Sequence record: BH153092.1
Direction: 5' to 3' (one strand)
Length of the DNA stretch: 354 nt
DNA from: a phage
In this document: positions 1 to 354 of the stretch, piece after piece
Position numbering within the stretch: the first letter of the stretch is position 1
How the letters are laid out: the number at the start of each line of letters is the position of its first letter
Position numbers and translations under genes: made by a program
The notes under the pieces: generated by a model
What the model was told of the DNA's origin: nothing
Database searches by the model: none
The model's input: only the letters and a program-made list of their open reading frames with translations

Positions 1-80
1 GGCCACTATGATGCCAATAAGAAGCGTCTCTATATTAGTCCCATTTCTGCGAATGATCTTGTAAGGTTACGTTCAACGAA

Positions 81-308
81 TTACAGCATCAAGCCTAGAG
101 TATAAGGTTGCGGACTATAGGCAGATTGCAAAGAAAAAGACAGAAGAGAACACGTATCTCTCATAGTCGAAACTAAGGCATCCAAAGCCGTAGTCGTTCC
201 ACAAATACTATACAAAAGAATTGTATGCCACGATTGTGGACTAGCTACAAACGTTAACACCAGGGCGGTATAACTACTGAACGGTGGACACGCTATTAAA
301 CTCGCCAA
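81..308 (-). CDS. 75-aa ORF from the six-frame track, hypothetical protein if real; judged most likely a spurious antisense ORF
   Basis: ORF is real as an open frame (TTG start at 306-308, TAA stop at 81-83; the stop-to-stop frame extends to 329). Against it being a gene: non-ATG start; no purine-rich Shine-Dalgarno-like motif in the 17 nt upstream (minus-strand sequence ccacaacgtacacgaca); peptide is about 60% S+L+T+A+P with only 3 charged residues in 75 (D2, R1, no E or K); its codon positions carry T-rich position 1 and C/T-rich position 2, the mirror image of the sense-like pattern on the + strand. Confidence 0.1.
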   Translation of the reverse strand: MASLIACPPFSSYTALVLTFVASPQSWHTILLYSICGTTTALDALVSTMRDTCSLLSFSLQSAYSPQPYTLGLML

Positions 309-354
309 TGTCGTGTACGTTGTGGTCAGCTAAATCCTGAAAGTCAAACACGCG
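121..354 (+). pseudogene. Coding-like region in + frame 1 (codon position 1 at coordinates = 1 mod 3), interrupted by in-frame TAA at 271-273 and 331-333 and lacking any ATG/GTG/TTG in its 50-codon open stretch 121-270; disrupted gene remnant or non-standard-code CDS fragment, product unknown
   Basis: Hand-counted position-specific composition for 121..354 (78 codons): position 1 G 31, A 25, C 13, T 9; G by codon position 31/11/8; T by codon position 9/26/14. Purine-rich position 1 and T-rich position 2 are the standard sense-strand pattern, and the phase is the same in every 60-nt block across both TAA codons, so no frameshift. Conceptual translation of 121-270: ADCKEKDRREHVSLIVETKASKAVVVPQILYKRIVCHDCGLATNVNTRAV, then stop. 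No homology search was possible and I do not recognise the protein. Confidence 0.3.
130..150 (+). repeat. Low-complexity polypurine tract (20 of 21 bases A/G; single C at 141)
   Basis: Directly visible: aaagaaaaagacagaagagaa. In + frame 1 it reads K-E-K-D-R-R-E; on the minus strand it is a polypyrimidine run that produces the LLSFSL segment of the track ORF. Confidence 0.5.

Noticed and set aside
8-64. Small + strand ORFs with ATG starts (8-64, 18 codons; 225-257 and 308-340, 10 codons each)
   Set aside because: Too short, no Shine-Dalgarno-like motif at the appropriate distance, and out of phase with the coding-like periodicity; indistinguishable from chance ORFs.
59-66. gtaagg resembling a eukaryotic 5' splice donor (GTAAG), plus ctatag at 115-120 as a possible acceptor
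   Set aside because: Pentamer-level matches expected by chance; no polypyrimidine tract before the putative acceptor and no branch-point context. Not enough to propose an intron.
70-80. cgttcaacgaa vaguely resembling a tRNA T-loop (GGTTCGAATCC)
   Set aside because: Poor match to the consensus and no D-loop, anticodon stem or acceptor-stem pairing in the flanks; no cloverleaf can be drawn.
31-106. Promoter -10-like hexamers (tatatt 31-36, tataag 101-106, tataac 269-274)
   Set aside because: None has a credible TTGACA-like -35 element at 16-18 bp spacing (best is 3 of 6). Such hexamers are frequent in A/T-rich sequence.
129-161. Terminator-like hairpin on the minus strand: stem agaga (145-149) / tctct (157-161), 7-nt loop, followed on the minus strand by the T-rich run tctgtctttttcttt
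   Set aside because: Stem is only 5 bp with 2 G-C pairs, and the U-tract is interrupted by C and G; far weaker than typical intrinsic terminators. It also lies inside both candidate coding frames. The T-richness is just the complement of the polypurine tract.
210-226. Perfect 6-bp inverted repeat atacaa / ttgtat with 5-nt loop aagaa
   Set aside because: AT-rich (one G-C pair), short, with no flanking T-run or recognisable operator symmetry; a stem of this size is expected by chance in a 354-bp window.
108-243. Direct repeat ttgcggacta (108-117) vs ttgtggacta (234-243), 9 of 10 identical; also taaggtt at 62-68 and 103-109, and tagtcg at 164-169 and 191-196
   Set aside because: By a rough count about two 9-of-10 matches and several exact 6- to 7-mers are expected by chance among all position pairs in 354 bp. 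No regular spacing and no more than two copies, so no CRISPR-like or iteron-like array.
250-258. Overlapping palindromic hexamers aacgtt and gttaac
   Set aside because: Simple 6-bp palindromes (restriction-site-like) occur by chance at this frequency; no extended dyad symmetry around them.

Overview
354-bp window, about 43% GC (hand count A119 C76 G76 T83), A-rich on the + strand, CpG not depleted (19 observed vs about 16 expected). I recognise no rRNA, tRNA, CRISPR repeat, transposon terminus or known regulatory RNA, and I cannot support any complete biological system from this window. The only ORF in the supplied track (81..308, minus strand, 75 aa) starts with TTG, has no Shine-Dalgarno-like purine run upstream, and encodes an S/L/T/A/P-rich, almost charge-free peptide; I judge it most likely a spurious antisense ORF. 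The most informative signal is a 3-base periodicity phased on the + strand with codon position 1 at coordinates 1,4,7... (G 40/21/15 and T 18/35/30 at codon positions 1/2/3). This is typical sense-strand composition and is strongest in 121..354. That frame is broken by four in-frame TAA/TAG codons (103, 118, 271, 331) and has no ATG/GTG/TTG in its longest open stretch. Four in-frame stops is what the position-specific composition predicts with no selection against stops. The window therefore looks like coding-derived sequence that is not an intact standard-code gene: a decayed pseudogene, a CDS fragment from a stop-reassigned genetic code, or a scrambled/synthetic coding-like sequence. I cannot tell these apart without searches. 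All counts are hand counts and no gene names are assigned.
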